A stretch of 55,552 bases of DNA, filler included, from Sphacelaria rigidula (Eukaryota), in assembly GCA_964200075.2 (NCBI GenBank). It is 3 parts of 3 records of this genome, joined end to end, with 100 filler letters (N's around TTAATTAATTAA, not from the genome) between each part and the next. Parts side by side here need not be neighbours in the genome. Positions count along the whole stretch, not along the records: positions 1 to 18,457 come from CAXNAA020000853.1; positions 18,558 to 37,005 come from CAXNAA020000854.1; 1 more part is not named here. One strand, written 5' to 3'. The notes below the pieces were generated by a model. That model ran no database searches and was not told the DNA's origin. It was given only the letters and a program-made list of their open reading frames with translations. Within the stretch, counting starts at the first letter, position 1. Each line of letters opens with the position of its first letter. Below are positions 13,324 through 24,808 of this stretch, piece after piece. Both the position numbers and the translations under genes were made by a program.

Positions 13324-14228
13324 TAGTGGATGTACTTGAGGCTTTTCGACTGATCGTATCGGAGAAGAAGACGGAGACTCCCTTGATGCGAGTGCCGAGG
13401 CAAGTACCGAAGAAGGGGGAGTCACCAACACCATCTCCCCCACCGCTGATCATCGAAGCAGCGGGCCAGAAATACGCCCAGAAAAGTAGTTTCCGATACT
13501 TGGGCGGGCTCGTCAACGAAGAGGACGAACTCAAGCAAGAAATCAACAATCGGAGCAGAACAGCGTGGGCGTGCATCAGGAAGTTCTCCCGGGAGCTCTT
13601 GGACCGACCGGAAGCACCATGGAGACTCAAGGTCCGACTGCTAAAAGCGGAGGCGATGGAGGCCCTACTATACGGATGCATGACGTGGGCCCCGCGTCGC
13701 GAATACTACGACTTGCTGAGAAAGGTCCACTACCGGCTCCTCCTGCGAGTCATCGGGTACCGCCGAGTGCGCGGCACATACCGACAGCTGTCGTACGCAC
13801 AGGCCCTCAAAAGATCGGATGCCAAAGTCCCGAAGCCATCGTTCGGCAACGACGACTGCTGTTCGCGGGAGCCCTGGCTGGACAACCAGACGGACGACTA
13901 CCGAAGCGAATATCATTCGGAACACTAGTCTGTGGGGATGATCCAGGACCAGGGTGCCCCGAACAAGACTGGCTGAAGTGCCTGAGGGACGATCTCCACG
14001 CTTCCGGAGCCACAGACAGCTCTACGGACGACAACCGCCAGGCGTTCGGAATTGACTGCGTCCTATGGACCTCAGCAGCGAATAAGGAGGGGGAGTTGCC
14101 GTGGCACGCGGGAGTGCTGTAGGGAGCGGAGAGGTTCATCACCTCATGGCACAGAAATGAAGAGGAGGCCAGCCGACTGCGTGCGATTGGACGGAAGGCC
14201 AACGAAGCCCATATAACATAGCAGTGAC
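13324..14228 (+). pseudogene. RTE LINE ORF, 3' part (end of RT and C-terminal region)
   Basis: VSEKKTE, FRYLG, LLYGCMTW and RQRRLLFAG motifs across frameshifted ORFs 13326..13928 and 13565..14122. Confidence 0.9.
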
Positions 14229-14879
14229 GACGGTCCAGGAGAGGGGGGGGGTGGGGGTGAACCCCCCGATGAGGAGTGTCGTGATGTCATGCAGTGCTTG
14301 TCTTGATACACCTGATATGCTTGTACGTATGGCTGTCCCTCGAGAGGTCGAAATATGAAACCTTGCGGTTTAATACACCAGGAATGCTTGTATCGCGTCT
14401 TGCGAGGTTTAATCTAGGTCTCATTTGTTTTTTTGCCTTTGTTTGATTTCTTCATACCTTATTAGAGGTAGCTAGTCTGTGACCACGGAAGACGTCCGCA
14501 TCAGATGCCTTGTACGAATGTACCTCATAGATGTCGGAACGATTTTTGATGTGAAAACAACAACAAAAGGCTGGCCCCGTTCGTAGGGTACTGTTGTAGT
14601 ACACAGTAGTCCCGTTCATTACAGTGATCCGTATAACAGCGTAGTGCAGCATAAAATATTACAATTGCCGCAGGGTAAGGCGTCAACACTCATTATGAGC
14701 TTGTCCAACCCCGTGCGAAGCTCCCATATTCAGCAGCTAGTGCGGGCAGGCACGCCCTCCGTTATCACGAGACCGTCGTGTGCTGCGGTTGAAAAAATAT
14801 AAAACGTCTTGTACCCTGCCATTGTACGTCAATGCACGTACTCCACCTCCTCCAGTTCGGGGAACCTCAGCTTTTTCCA

Positions 14880-14990
14880 GCCTTCCCCCGATTTTGTTCC
14901 CCGATACGGGGTCTATTAATTGCGTTCCCCGATTCTTCTTCCCCGATGCTCGAAAAATCGAGATTGGTGACTGCCATAACAGTTGGTCGA
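14880..14990 (-). repeat. Terminal fragment of the MITE family seen at 26877 and 36872
   Basis: Its reverse complement (GACCAACTGTTATGGCAG..ATCTCGATTTTT..ATCGGGGAACGCA) resembles 36872-36945. Confidence 0.5.
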
Positions 14991-15072
14991 AGACACGCCC
15001 CAAGACCTCCCACTCACATTCCGACCCGTAACAGCTCACACACAACCCCCCTTGTCCTTCGGTCTTCGATTG

Positions 15073-17691
15073 CAGTGCGGGCCCGCACTTGAGAACATGG
15101 CAGTTAAGAATTTGACGCTAAAAAAAATCAAAACCTCAGAATTTTCCCCGAAGAACACGTGCTCAGATTGAACGTGCAGTCAAGAACAAGAACACACACT
15201 TGAGGTGTACCACTGATGCTACAGATAAGAACAAGAGTAACGTGGCCGCTGCGAGATAACAACATTCGCAGGGGGAGGGGGCGAGGGATGGGCGATCCCA
15301 GTATTGGATTTGAGAGGGGGCTGGGTGTGTTGAGTGGGTACATCGACCGGCGTATTTCTACCCCCACGGGCAGATTCCCTGAACTTACCCCCAAACTAGA
15401 ACCAGTTCCGGAACACGTTTGAGCAGCCCGCCGGTCCGACGAACACATTTTTGAAAGCACCCCCGGACAAGAGAGCCCACACACGGTTCACGCACGGCAC
15501 ATAGTACGACACGCACACGAACAGCACCATAGCCCACACACACGGATAGCACCATAGCCCTCACACACATGTAGAGACGAACTGCCATCAGATAGTGGCA
15601 AAAGAGCAGCAGCCGTTCACATCATCACACATACGCTTAGCAGGCAGCCGACCCAGCTACTCTTGTACATGGTCAATACAGACAGACAGCACCGTACCGC
15701 GGCATGCTTCAATACAGACAGGAGAGTACGATAGTCATGCAAGCTGCGACAGTACTGCAGATATTGAATCTTGTATTTACTGCAGCGTGTGTTGTACTGA
15801 CCCTGGGGACTACTAACTGTACCATCTACATATATGTTGCGCTGGTGCCGTCGTCATATGATACGCAAACCAATAATATATAAGACGCAGTCGGACAGTG
15901 TGTGACTAGAGGTGGGCACCTGAAAAAAAAACCCGGTTATAACCGGTTCTTGGAAACCCCAAAAGGCGTTAACCGGTTACGGTTATGAAAAAAAAAAGGG
16001 AGTTTTTGTCTGCCGGTTAAACAGGTTTTCCGGTGAACCGGTTTAACGGGTTCAATTGCGAAGTTTGAAATTGGTGCTCGTAGCTCTTAGCGAAAGCGTG
16101 GCATACAACACGTCACACGCTACACGCCACCCTTACAACATACACATAGAGTCGGCTCGCAGAGACCACAATACTGCGGAGATGGCGAACACACTTGCAT
16201 ACTCGAGACTGCCGCGAGGGTTGTTTTGGGGATATTATCGCGTACTACCCTTCGATAGAGCTCTAAAGTGCTAGCGTCGGTGAATTTTGGTGAAATGAGT
16301 AGATAATCATGAAAAAAACAGTGCCCAAGTAGTGTTACGTAGTGTTTTCGGGCGATAGGAGCAGATACCCCGTTTATAAGGAGGTATTATTGACCGTAAA
16401 ATACAGTGATTCGGCTCTGGTGCAGTGAGTAGGTAGAATTCCAAAAAAACAAAACTGTACATTTCTTTACAACAAAGATCGGGACAGGCTCGATCGACCT
16501 AAAATTCTGAAGAGTCAGAATCTGTGCTGAAAAATTGCAGGGGCCCCGATGACCGGTCAGCCCGTAAGTCACACAATGTTGAGTACGGATGATTTTTGTT
16601 TTCATTGAACGTGGAGCGGATACAAGTATCGTCAAATTCCCAATGTGATGGGCGGTGACAAGAGGAAGAGCCTAAGAAAATCGCCGATGACGAAGAAATT
16701 AGAAAAAAAACAGGTCAGGTTCCCACTACTATCGACGACTCCGGACTATTGTTTCTATTTTCTACTTTTGGCACCCTGTGTGTGCTAGGGGTAGGTGCAA
16801 GATTTGAACAGCAGCTGTTCACGTAATCACGAACACCATTTCCTATCACGCATGAAACTCTTTGTAACCAGTCGTCAGCCACTGTGCTGTGAAGCTCGAC
16901 AGGTGTTGCACGGCTGCGGAGTGCGGAGTGCGGAGGTGTGAGATTGAACCTTGCCGTTACCGGTAATGGGTGTGTTCGAGAGTATCCATCACCCACCACA
17001 CGCGAAACATGCGGCAACAACGCCAAATTCACCTGAGTTTCAATGACTTGGAGGCGTTTTCCCTTGCCTATCCGGTTCAACCGGTTTTTCGGTGAACCGA
17101 TCGAACCGGCTGAAAAAAAAACGGTGCAACCGTTTTTTTGTTTTTCAAAATATCGCCTACTTATCCGGTAACCGTTTTTTCGATTTTCTTATCCGGTGCC
17201 CACCTCTAAGTTCACCTATCCTACCCGGACGGTGGATATGTGTATAGGTTGTAGCTTCTCACTCGGTGAAAGGGTGCGGGGTGTGTGGAGCCGCGACGTG
17301 GACTTGAACAGGATGGACTTTGTAAGTAGGTTTGGGATGAGGTACAGAATGACGGAGTAGGGGATGCGCCCACGAGGAAGCATCCCGACACGGGAAAATG
17401 ACGCTCCCAGACCGGGGATTGGATGATGACAGGCTCAGGGTGACAGATCCGGGAAGACGGTCCGGGTTGATCAGCCCGGGGTTGTTAGTGAGCGAGTCGG
17501 GTCATACAGAGGTCATAATAACAAATGGAATAATCGGTGTTGAAATAAGAACAAGAACCCCATTTCAGGAGGAAAACTGGACGACTAAATAAGAACTTAT
17601 TGGCAAATAAAAACTGGTGCTAGGGTTGGAGCAGCCAACAAGAACTGAGCCTCGCTCAAAATAGGAGGTTCTTAAGTGCGGGCCGGCCCTG
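15073..17691. mobile_element. Non-autonomous TIR element (Tc1/mariner-like ends) hosting a hAT-like MITE
   Basis: 24-bp TIR, CAGTGCGGGCCCGCACTTGAGAAC vs CAGGGCCGGCCCGCACTTAAGAAC (21/24 match). Right flank is TA, left flank is TG. Confidence 0.6.
15907..17208. mobile_element. hAT-like non-autonomous element, copy 1 (about 1.3 kb)
   Basis: Perfect TIR TAGAGGTGGGCACC and AACCGG-rich subtermini. Homologous along its length, in opposite orientation, to 34968-36183. No TSD retained. Confidence 0.85.
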
Positions 17692-18457
17692 TATAATAAT
17701 TCCTACTACTGTGTGCACCGTTGTAGCGTTGTAGCTCTGTCGACAGAAAATAGTGTCAATTTACTTGTAGCGAACAACAGATGGCTCAATTCCTGCCTGC
17801 CAACGACTGAAAGTTCGTGGTGGACCCACAAGTCTTCAAAACAACATCCAAATGACAACCTTTACACGAATGCGTTTGTGTTCAAATCTGACTTGAACTG
17901 TTTGAGTGCAGTTCATTTGTTCTAGCAAAACAGTTTTCGTGCAGAAACTTCCAGTCCAATCAGTCTACCCACACTGTAGGTACGTAAGTACGTACGTACG
18001 GCGAGGTACGATGCGATTGCGCGAGGCGTCATGCCGTTCATTACGACAGTATCATCGAACCGCTGACGCGAAAAGCAACAGAGTGCCACGAGCTGTGCGG
18101 GCATATATTTATATGCCGCAGCTGACGGAGGAGCGGCAGCAGCTTCGTGGGGCAAAAGATTGGCAACTTGCACCGGGCCGGACAGAAAATGGACAAAGCG
18201 AATGATGCCATGCCCGCTGGCCATGGCGAAACATTTGACGCTACCCTCGGCTACGTTGTATCTATACATGAATGAATATTAGAGAGTTTCGGGAAAAAAT
18301 AAAAAGCAGAACTCAGGGGTAGAGCGAGAACGATTGGATTGTTTACGTTCAAACCCCAGGTTTGTTTTTATTTATTTTTATCACGTAGGTGTGGATCGTG
18401 GCCAACTTTTCAGGGTTTAGTCTTTTCTGTTCCGAATGCCACGTGGTCGGTGTCATG

Positions 18458-18557
18458 NNNNNNNNNNNNNNNNNNNNNNNNNNNNNNNNNNNNNNNNNNN
18501 NTTAATTAATTAANNNNNNNNNNNNNNNNNNNNNNNNNNNNNNNNNNNNNNNNNNNN
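18458..18557. other. Assembly gap (100 bp) with artificial TTAATTAATTAA six-frame stop linker
   Basis: An N-run surrounds TTAATTAATTAA, with the same layout at 37006-37105. The adjacent poly-G at 18558-18666 is probably low-quality sequence. Confidence 0.97.
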
Positions 18558-18624
18558 GCGGGGGGGGGGGGGGGGTCGGCTTGTGGGCGGGCCCGCCAGT
18601 GGGCCGCCCGCCCGCCCCCCCCCG

Positions 18625-18666
<42 letters not shown>

Positions 18667-19478
18667 CTTGATTCCGTGAGAATCAGGAGGTGGCAGGTTT
18701 ATCAGACGACCTGAATAGTCGTGGTGGATTCGTATTTGGGTGAAAACAGGGTAGCGTGGTACGAATGAGTATCGTTTTTGGTGATGAGTGTAATGCGTGA
18801 GAGGACCGCGTGCTTAGAAAACCGCATCGGAATTTAAACATCCCTGTGGTTGGGGTTAGGGTTAGGGTTAGGGTTGAGGTTAGGGCTAGGTGCGTGGTAC
18901 CTGCAAGGACTGGCCCGATTGGTTTCGAAAAACGTCGATCCTGGGGTGTTTCGGACTACGGCGCGGTCCTCTAAGCACGCGGTCCTCTCACGCATGACAA
19001 CAAGCACGTTCGAGCAAATGTTGCTGCTTTCAACAAAGATTTGAGGAGGAATTCCGTGGAAGGGTGGCCGAAAATACCCCCCCCCACGCCCGCAATCGTA
19101 GCACAACTCGCGGAACGAGTCGCAAGCAGCAAAAAAGTCGATACCCTGATCATTGCCTGACCTACCCAGTAAGTGGCGTGTTCTACGGCGCCGTTGACAA
19201 CCGACGGGGAAACTCTGGCCCAACCCCCGCACCCCGTATCCCCCTACCATAGAATGAATCGCTCGAGACACACGTTATAACACTGATATCGCGATATGCA
19301 TACATGCCTGAGACATGGAATATTGTCGCTGTCCTACCGAGCGAGCGCAGTGCGTTACGTTTATAGCGGTCTTACCTAGCTGAATATGCGGCTTGCGCAT
19401 ACCATCCTTATCAACAAGGGTGTACGAGTAGGCAGTGCGGCTTGTTCCCAGGTCGATGGCTGCCACAATATCAGCCAT
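18667..19478 (-). CDS. 5' exons of an Hsp70-superfamily (HSPA12-like) ATPase gene, truncated by the gap; exons 19478-19376 and 18710-18667
   Basis: MADIVAAIDLGTSRTAYSYT matches the Hsp70 phosphate-1 motif. The donor CTAG|GTAAG at 19376 and the acceptor TTCAG| at 18711 join in frame to give ..HIQLGRLINLPPPDSHGIK. Confidence 0.65.
18789..18999. mobile_element. MITE of about 210 bp with TGT...ACA termini and internal (TTAGGG)n, copy A
   Basis: TIR TGT(A/C)ATGCGTGAGAGGACCGCGTGCTTAGA. Telomere-type repeats at about 18848-18890. Confidence 0.88.
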
Positions 19479-21044
19479 ACCTGTACCAACGTTTTCTTTG
19501 CGTTGCGCTTCTGCTCGGAGGAGGCGGTACGGTGAATAACCGTAGTGTGTCCTGCGGGACGGGCTTCGATCGGGGAAAGTACATATTTCGCATGAATGTA
19601 CAATACTTTCTTCGGAAGCTTTTTGTCAGACAATACTGGTTCTTTGGACTTTTGGTTATGTCCGGCTTTGATCTAAGCGGAAATATCCCCTCGGGACCGG
19701 TGCTGTTCGATTCCGTGCACTCCGGAATAAACGAGAACCGAAAATAAATCGTATATGCACAGAAAAGAGCCAAACGAAGCATGTAATACTCCGAACGGTC
19801 TCCATCGGACCTGCTGGCATATCATTTTATGCGTTCGGTCCAACTCTGTGATCGCCGTGAGAAGATTCACTCACGGAGTTGGCATCAACTTCGAAATTAT
19901 ATGGGAGACCCGGGTGACCCACCCAGCAGGTCAGAATGTTACACCGCCATTCTCGGCTGCGGCGAAGCACGGGAGTTCTGGAAGGCACAACCTCTCCCAA
20001 AATCACTTGGCAACACCCTTTTGGACCTACCCTCATACCCAGACCTCAATGATTTCGCACCGATGACCTGAGGGTACTCCGTGTGCTCAATAGCTGTGTG
20101 CAAATGTCGGAACAATGGCAACGCGATCGGAAGAGGTACGTAAATTCCACCCTCACAGTATACTTGTGTGTAATTTACTGTCGAGTACAGTGGGAACCTC
20201 GAGGTCGAGATACCTCCAGTGAGCGTATATGTCATCGCGAACTGATAGAAACAATCAAGGAAAAACTGGTGAAAAGACCGCCACTGTCAGAAATGGACTC
20301 CATGAATGCTTCTGAAAACTAGAACAACAAATGGGTTCTGAGATTCAAGAATGTTGCCGGTGTCGCAACACTCGATCTCGCTTTTCGGAATGCGTGATTC
20401 TCCCTGAGTGGTACGAACGAGTCGCATGCTTGCCCACACAACCTCCTACCCGGTGCAATCACTGAGTGACTCTCGTCCTGTTATCAGCTCGAAAACGCTT
20501 ATGACACACGTCCGGCAGACTGCGCCTGGATGTGTTTGGATCGCATCAGCAGGCCATCGGTCCCCCTACGTTCGATGGCAGTTCCTTGAACGTCGTTCCT
20601 GGCAGAATGATGAGGTTTTCAAGGGGGGGGCGTTGCCCCACAGGATTGTAGCTCGCCTTGGCATCATAACGTGGGCGTTTCAAGAGATCATGCTTTTGGA
20701 AGACCCTGGATCTCCCGGGTGCAAGAACATACCTCCGGCCCGTCTACCGCCAGGGCAACCGCAGCATATCTGGGTGTGGGCAGGAGTGAAATATGTCAAG
20801 TGCAACGTCGTGAACCGGTGCACCGACAACGATGCACCACTCGGCACACCACACTGGATAATCTACACAAAAGATGATGATGCTGGCGTTGGGCCCTCGC
20901 CAGAATATCGGACCATCCAAAACATTTGCTGGCAAGACCCTTTTGAACGGGGCAATGTTGACATGCGCGACATCGATAGCCAACGCTGTCTCATGGCTTC
21001 ACCCGCTCCGACTGGAGCGGAAGGAATGAGGTGGGTGTGCAGCG

Positions 21045-21605
21045 TGCAATGCGTGGCAGGACCTAGCGCTCTTTGGACCGTATCGAAATTTGAACACCCC
21101 AGGATCGACGGTTTTCAGTACGGTTGTAATGCGTGAGAGGATCGCGTGCTTAAAGGACCGCGTCGTAGATCAAAACACCTCACGATCCACGTTTTTCAAA
21201 ACCAATCGGGCCAATTCCTGAAGGTACCACGCCCCTGACCATAACACTAACACTAACACTAACCCTTGTAATGCGTGAGAGGACCGCGTGCTTGGAGGAC
21301 CGTATCGAAATGTGAACACCCCTAGGGTTAGGGTTAGGGTTAGGGTTAGGGTTAGTGTTGGGGTTATGGTCAGGGGCGTGGTACCTGCAGGGACTGGCAC
21401 GATTGGCTTCGAAAAACGTCGATCCTGAGGTGTTTTGAACCACGGCGCGGTCCTCTAAGCACGCGGGTCCTCGCACGCATGACACCGTTCGGGCCGATCC
21501 CAAAGGGAAACGCGCCCCTCACCTTAATCCTGACACCAACCCTAATCTAGGGTTGTTCAAACTCCGTTGCAGTCCTCGAAGCACGCGGTCCTTTCAGGCA
21601 TTACA
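21045..21605. mobile_element. Nested cluster of three telomere-repeat MITE copies
   Basis: A diverged outer copy (21045-21124 plus 21485-21605) encloses a truncated copy (21125-21266) and a full copy in the opposite orientation (21267-21484) with TTAGGG repeats. Confidence 0.85.
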
Positions 21606-22209
21606 TCGACTCTCCCGAAATAACTATTATCGCGATTGTCCTATCTCTAACCGCTACCCAACCATTGGGTACAGAGTTGGTACGATCGTGATACTCTTCC
21701 CAATATCTGGTTGCTGTTGACTACAATATCACTTTTTCACCCAATGTTTGGGTACGTACAATACGATTTTTCAAAACACCAAAATGTGGGAAATACCCTA
21801 CCCAACACCCTTGAAAGGCTGTACACTCCTCACTGCGTATGAATTTTAGTACTCCTCTTCGAATTATGTCGCAGGTCAGCAACGTCAGCTCAATTTCCCG
21901 AGATCCCATCAGGCACACAACTCGTCGTTTTGGCGCCAGAAAACGAGGAAGGAGCCGGGACCAGTGGGCTACTGACTACAAAAAGGAACGCCCATCCTTC
22001 CAGCGATGGCACGTACATTTTCATGCCAGGCGCAAAGTTGGACATATTTTATCCGCTCGTTCTACACGGGAGTAGGCTGGCGCTTCCCCTCAACTACTGG
22101 TGAGTCTGCAGTAGACACTGCGTCTGACACTCGTTTCCCACATCACAATAACTCCTTTATAGGCTCTCTCCAACCGATGAAAGACTTCCCTTTTCGGCCT
22201 CAAGAAGTG

Positions 22210-22408
22210 TGTGATGCATGAAAGGACCGCGTGCTCAGAGGACCGCGTCGTAGTTCAAAACACCTCAGGATCGACGTATTTCAAAACCAATCGGGCGAGT
22301 CCCTGCAGGTACCACGCCCCTGACCATAACACTAACGCCAACCCTAACCATAGGGATATCAAAAACCCGATGCGGTCCTCCGAGCACGCGGTCCTCTCAC
22401 GCATTACA
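22210..22408. mobile_element. Telomere-repeat MITE, copy E
   Basis: Same TIRs and internal sequence as copy A, in reverse orientation, with degenerate CCCTAA repeats. Confidence 0.87.
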
Positions 22409-22594
22409 AGGGCGCCGGGAAGAGGAGCGGGGGAAGGAACGCACTTGGATAGGAGATCGTTCCTCATTTCTGCTTCACTCCGCGTTCAGTAAATATCACA
22501 ATTCATCAAGAAAGAGAGAGGAAAGGGAGGGGGCGTACTCATTTGTTGCTTGCCTCAGTCGTTTGACCATTGACCACGCATCCCTTTCGAGACG

Positions 22595-22900
22595 GAGCAC
22601 TACTGGTGTGTGGGGGGGGGGATCTAGGATCAGGGTGCTCGGAGCAAAAGTGGCTGAAGTGGCTGAAGGATGATCTTCAAGCTTTCGGAGCCACGGACGG
22701 CACGAGGGACGACAACCGACAGAGCATTCGGATCGAAAGTGTCCTCTGGCCCTCAGCAGCGAAGGAGGGAGGGATACCGTGGCACGCGGGGGTGCTGCAG
22801 GGAGCGGAGAGGTTGTTGACCTCATGGCGAAAGGATGAGAAGGCCAGCCGAATACATGCGATGAAACGGGATAAACAAAACCTCTACAACAGAGACTGAC
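22595..22900 (+). mobile_element. RTE LINE 3' fragment
   Basis: The peptide WLKWLKDDLQAFGATDG..PWHAGVLQGAER parallels 13920-14200. Downstream sequence differs from that of the main copy, so it may be another subfamily. Confidence 0.85.
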
Positions 22901-23547
22901 GATGGCTCAGAGGAGGGGCGGGGGATAAGCAGAGGAACAAGCGAACAAAGGTTTAAACTGGAGATACCAGTGCGGCCGAGGACAGCAGTAAGGAGATGGA
23001 GGAACGTGTAGCTATGTACCGCACTGAACATGGCGGAGGTGGCAGGAATCACCACCGTCTCATGTCTTCCTTTCCCCCACTAAGTCCTGCCTTCCATGCA
23101 CGCCTCTCCTAGGTTGTGCTCCGTCTCGAAAGTTATGCGTGGTGAATGGCCGAACGACTAAGCCAAGTAATGAATTAGTACCCCCGCCCCCCACTCCCGA
23201 CGTTGTGTGTTATTATGTGGTGCTTTTGTTATGCCTAGTGCAGTAGAACATGACCGTTTCCACTTGACACCGCGGATGATGAATTATAATTTCAGTAAAA
23301 TGCCATAATATGTAAAAGGAACAACACTGAATGGCGACTTTTTTAGGCTCTTTCGCTTGCCACCGCTCATCACATTGAGGATCTGAAGATGCTTGTATCC
23401 GCTCCACATGAAAAAAAAAACATCGGTCCTCAGTATTGACTTATAGGCTGACCGGTGATGGGGGTCCTGGCACGTTTTAGCCCAGATTCTGGCACTTAGT
23501 GATTTTCGGTCGATCGAGCCTGTCCCGATCGTATTTGTGAAGATATG

Positions 23548-24808
23548 TTGTTGTCGTTGTTGTTGTCTTCATATAAAAACCGTTCCTATATTTGTGGTAC
23601 ATTCGTACTGGGCATCTGATGCGGACGCCTTCTGTGGTCACAGGCTAGCTGCGTACAATAAGGCATGGGGAATTCAAACAAAACCAAAAAAACAAAATAG
23701 ATCTAGGTTAAAACTCACAAAACGCGATAGAAGCAAAAAAGGGATAAATTATGAAGAAAAAAGATAATACATATGACTAACCTCAAGATCCGGTGCCGCA
23801 GGTGGCCATTCGGACTTCAGGGGGTGGCACCCGGCTTTCCAACTCGACGCGCGAGGCCAAGTAGAAATGAACACAGGGTCCGACAACGGGCGAGACTCAA
23901 GGCCCTGAATACCATCAACCAGAGAACTAAGAATCGCAAGGTTCCATCTCTCGAGCTCTCAAGAAGGGGCAGCCATACGTACAAGCACACCAGGTGTATC
24001 AAGACAAGCACTGCATGACATAACGACACCCCTCATCGGGGGGGGGGGGTTCATGTTGAGTAACCGATTGAACTAGGCTTTTGTTGAGTAACCAATTGAC
24101 TGCTGAGCTAATTAGCCAGCGCTGGCTGATTAGCTCAGCAGTCAATCGGTTACTCAACAGTTCACCCCCCACCCCACTCTTCTCTCTGGATCGTCGTCAT
24201 TGCTGTGCTATCTGGGCTTCGTTGGTCTTCCGTCCAATCGCACGCAGTCGGCTGGCCTTCTCTTCATTTCTGTGCCATGAGGTTATGAACCTCTCCGCTT
24301 CCTGCAGCACTCCCGCGTGCCACGGCAACCCCCCCTCCTTATTCGCTGCTGAGGTCCATAGGACGCGGTCAATTCCGAATGTCTGGCGGTTGTCGTCCGT
24401 AGAGCTATCTCTGCCTCCAAAAGCGTGGAGATCGTCCCTCAGGCACTTCAGCCAGTTTTGTTCCGGGCACCCTGGTCCTGGATCCTCCCTCCGACTATAA
24501 CAGTGTTCGGAATGCTATTTGCCTAGGTAATCGTCCGTCCGGTTTTCTAGCCAGGGCTCCCCCGAACAGCAGTCGTCGTTGCCGGACGATGGCTTCGGCA
24601 CTTTGGCATCCGGTCTTCTTGAGGGCCTGTGCATACGACAGCCGTCGGTATGTGCTGGGCACTCGGCGGTACCCGATGACTCGCAGGAGGAGCCGGCAGT
24701 GCACCTTTTCTCAGCAAGTCGTAGTGTTCGCGGCGCGGGACCCACGTCATGCATCCATGTAGTAGGGCTTCCATCGCCTCCACTTTCAGCAGTCGGATCT
24801 GACGTCTC
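23548..24808 (-). mobile_element. 5'-truncated RTE LINE copy with 3' UTR and (CAA)n tail
   Basis: Inverted homolog of about 13620-14568, including AMEALLHGCMTW and RQRRLLFGG. The tail appears as (TTG)n at about 23547-23566. Confidence 0.92.
24054..24159. mobile_element. 106-bp palindromic TGT...ACA insertion with 5-bp TSD
   Basis: TSD GTTCA at 24049-24053 and 24160-24164; the empty site is present in the homologous LINE near 14257. 24082-24159 is a loop-less palindrome with 39-bp arms (37/39 match). Confidence 0.85.

Larger units (their letters stand above)
8200..14568 (+). mobile_element. Decayed RTE-clade LINE retrotransposon (APE endonuclease + reverse transcriptase), interrupted at 10460-13323
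   Basis: Endonuclease motifs: ATYNVGTL, AYAPT, LAITNTFF, DYIL, SDHN. RT motifs: [44 protein letters not shown]. The 3' UTR ends in (CAA)n at about 14556-14568. The 5' boundary is approximate. Confidence 0.93.

Noticed and set aside
18502..18513. TTAATTAATTAA inside both N-gaps (also 37050-37061)
   Set aside because: Artificial six-frame stop linker used in scaffolding, not biological.
18558..18666. Poly-G/C tract as a G-quadruplex locus
   Set aside because: It is adjacent to a gap and interrupts a plausible exon, so it is probably a contig-end artefact.
20408..21136. 242-aa plus-strand ORF
   Set aside because: No recognisable domain or clear splice structure, and its end runs into MITE sequence.
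18848..21370. (TTAGGG)n as a chromosome end or fusion site
   Set aside because: The tracts are short and always embedded within the same TIR element.
18789..22408. Repeated GAGGACCGCGTGCT units as a CRISPR- or guide-like array
   Set aside because: They are inverted termini with conserved interiors, not regularly spaced direct repeats with unique spacers. No associated nuclease gene was seen.
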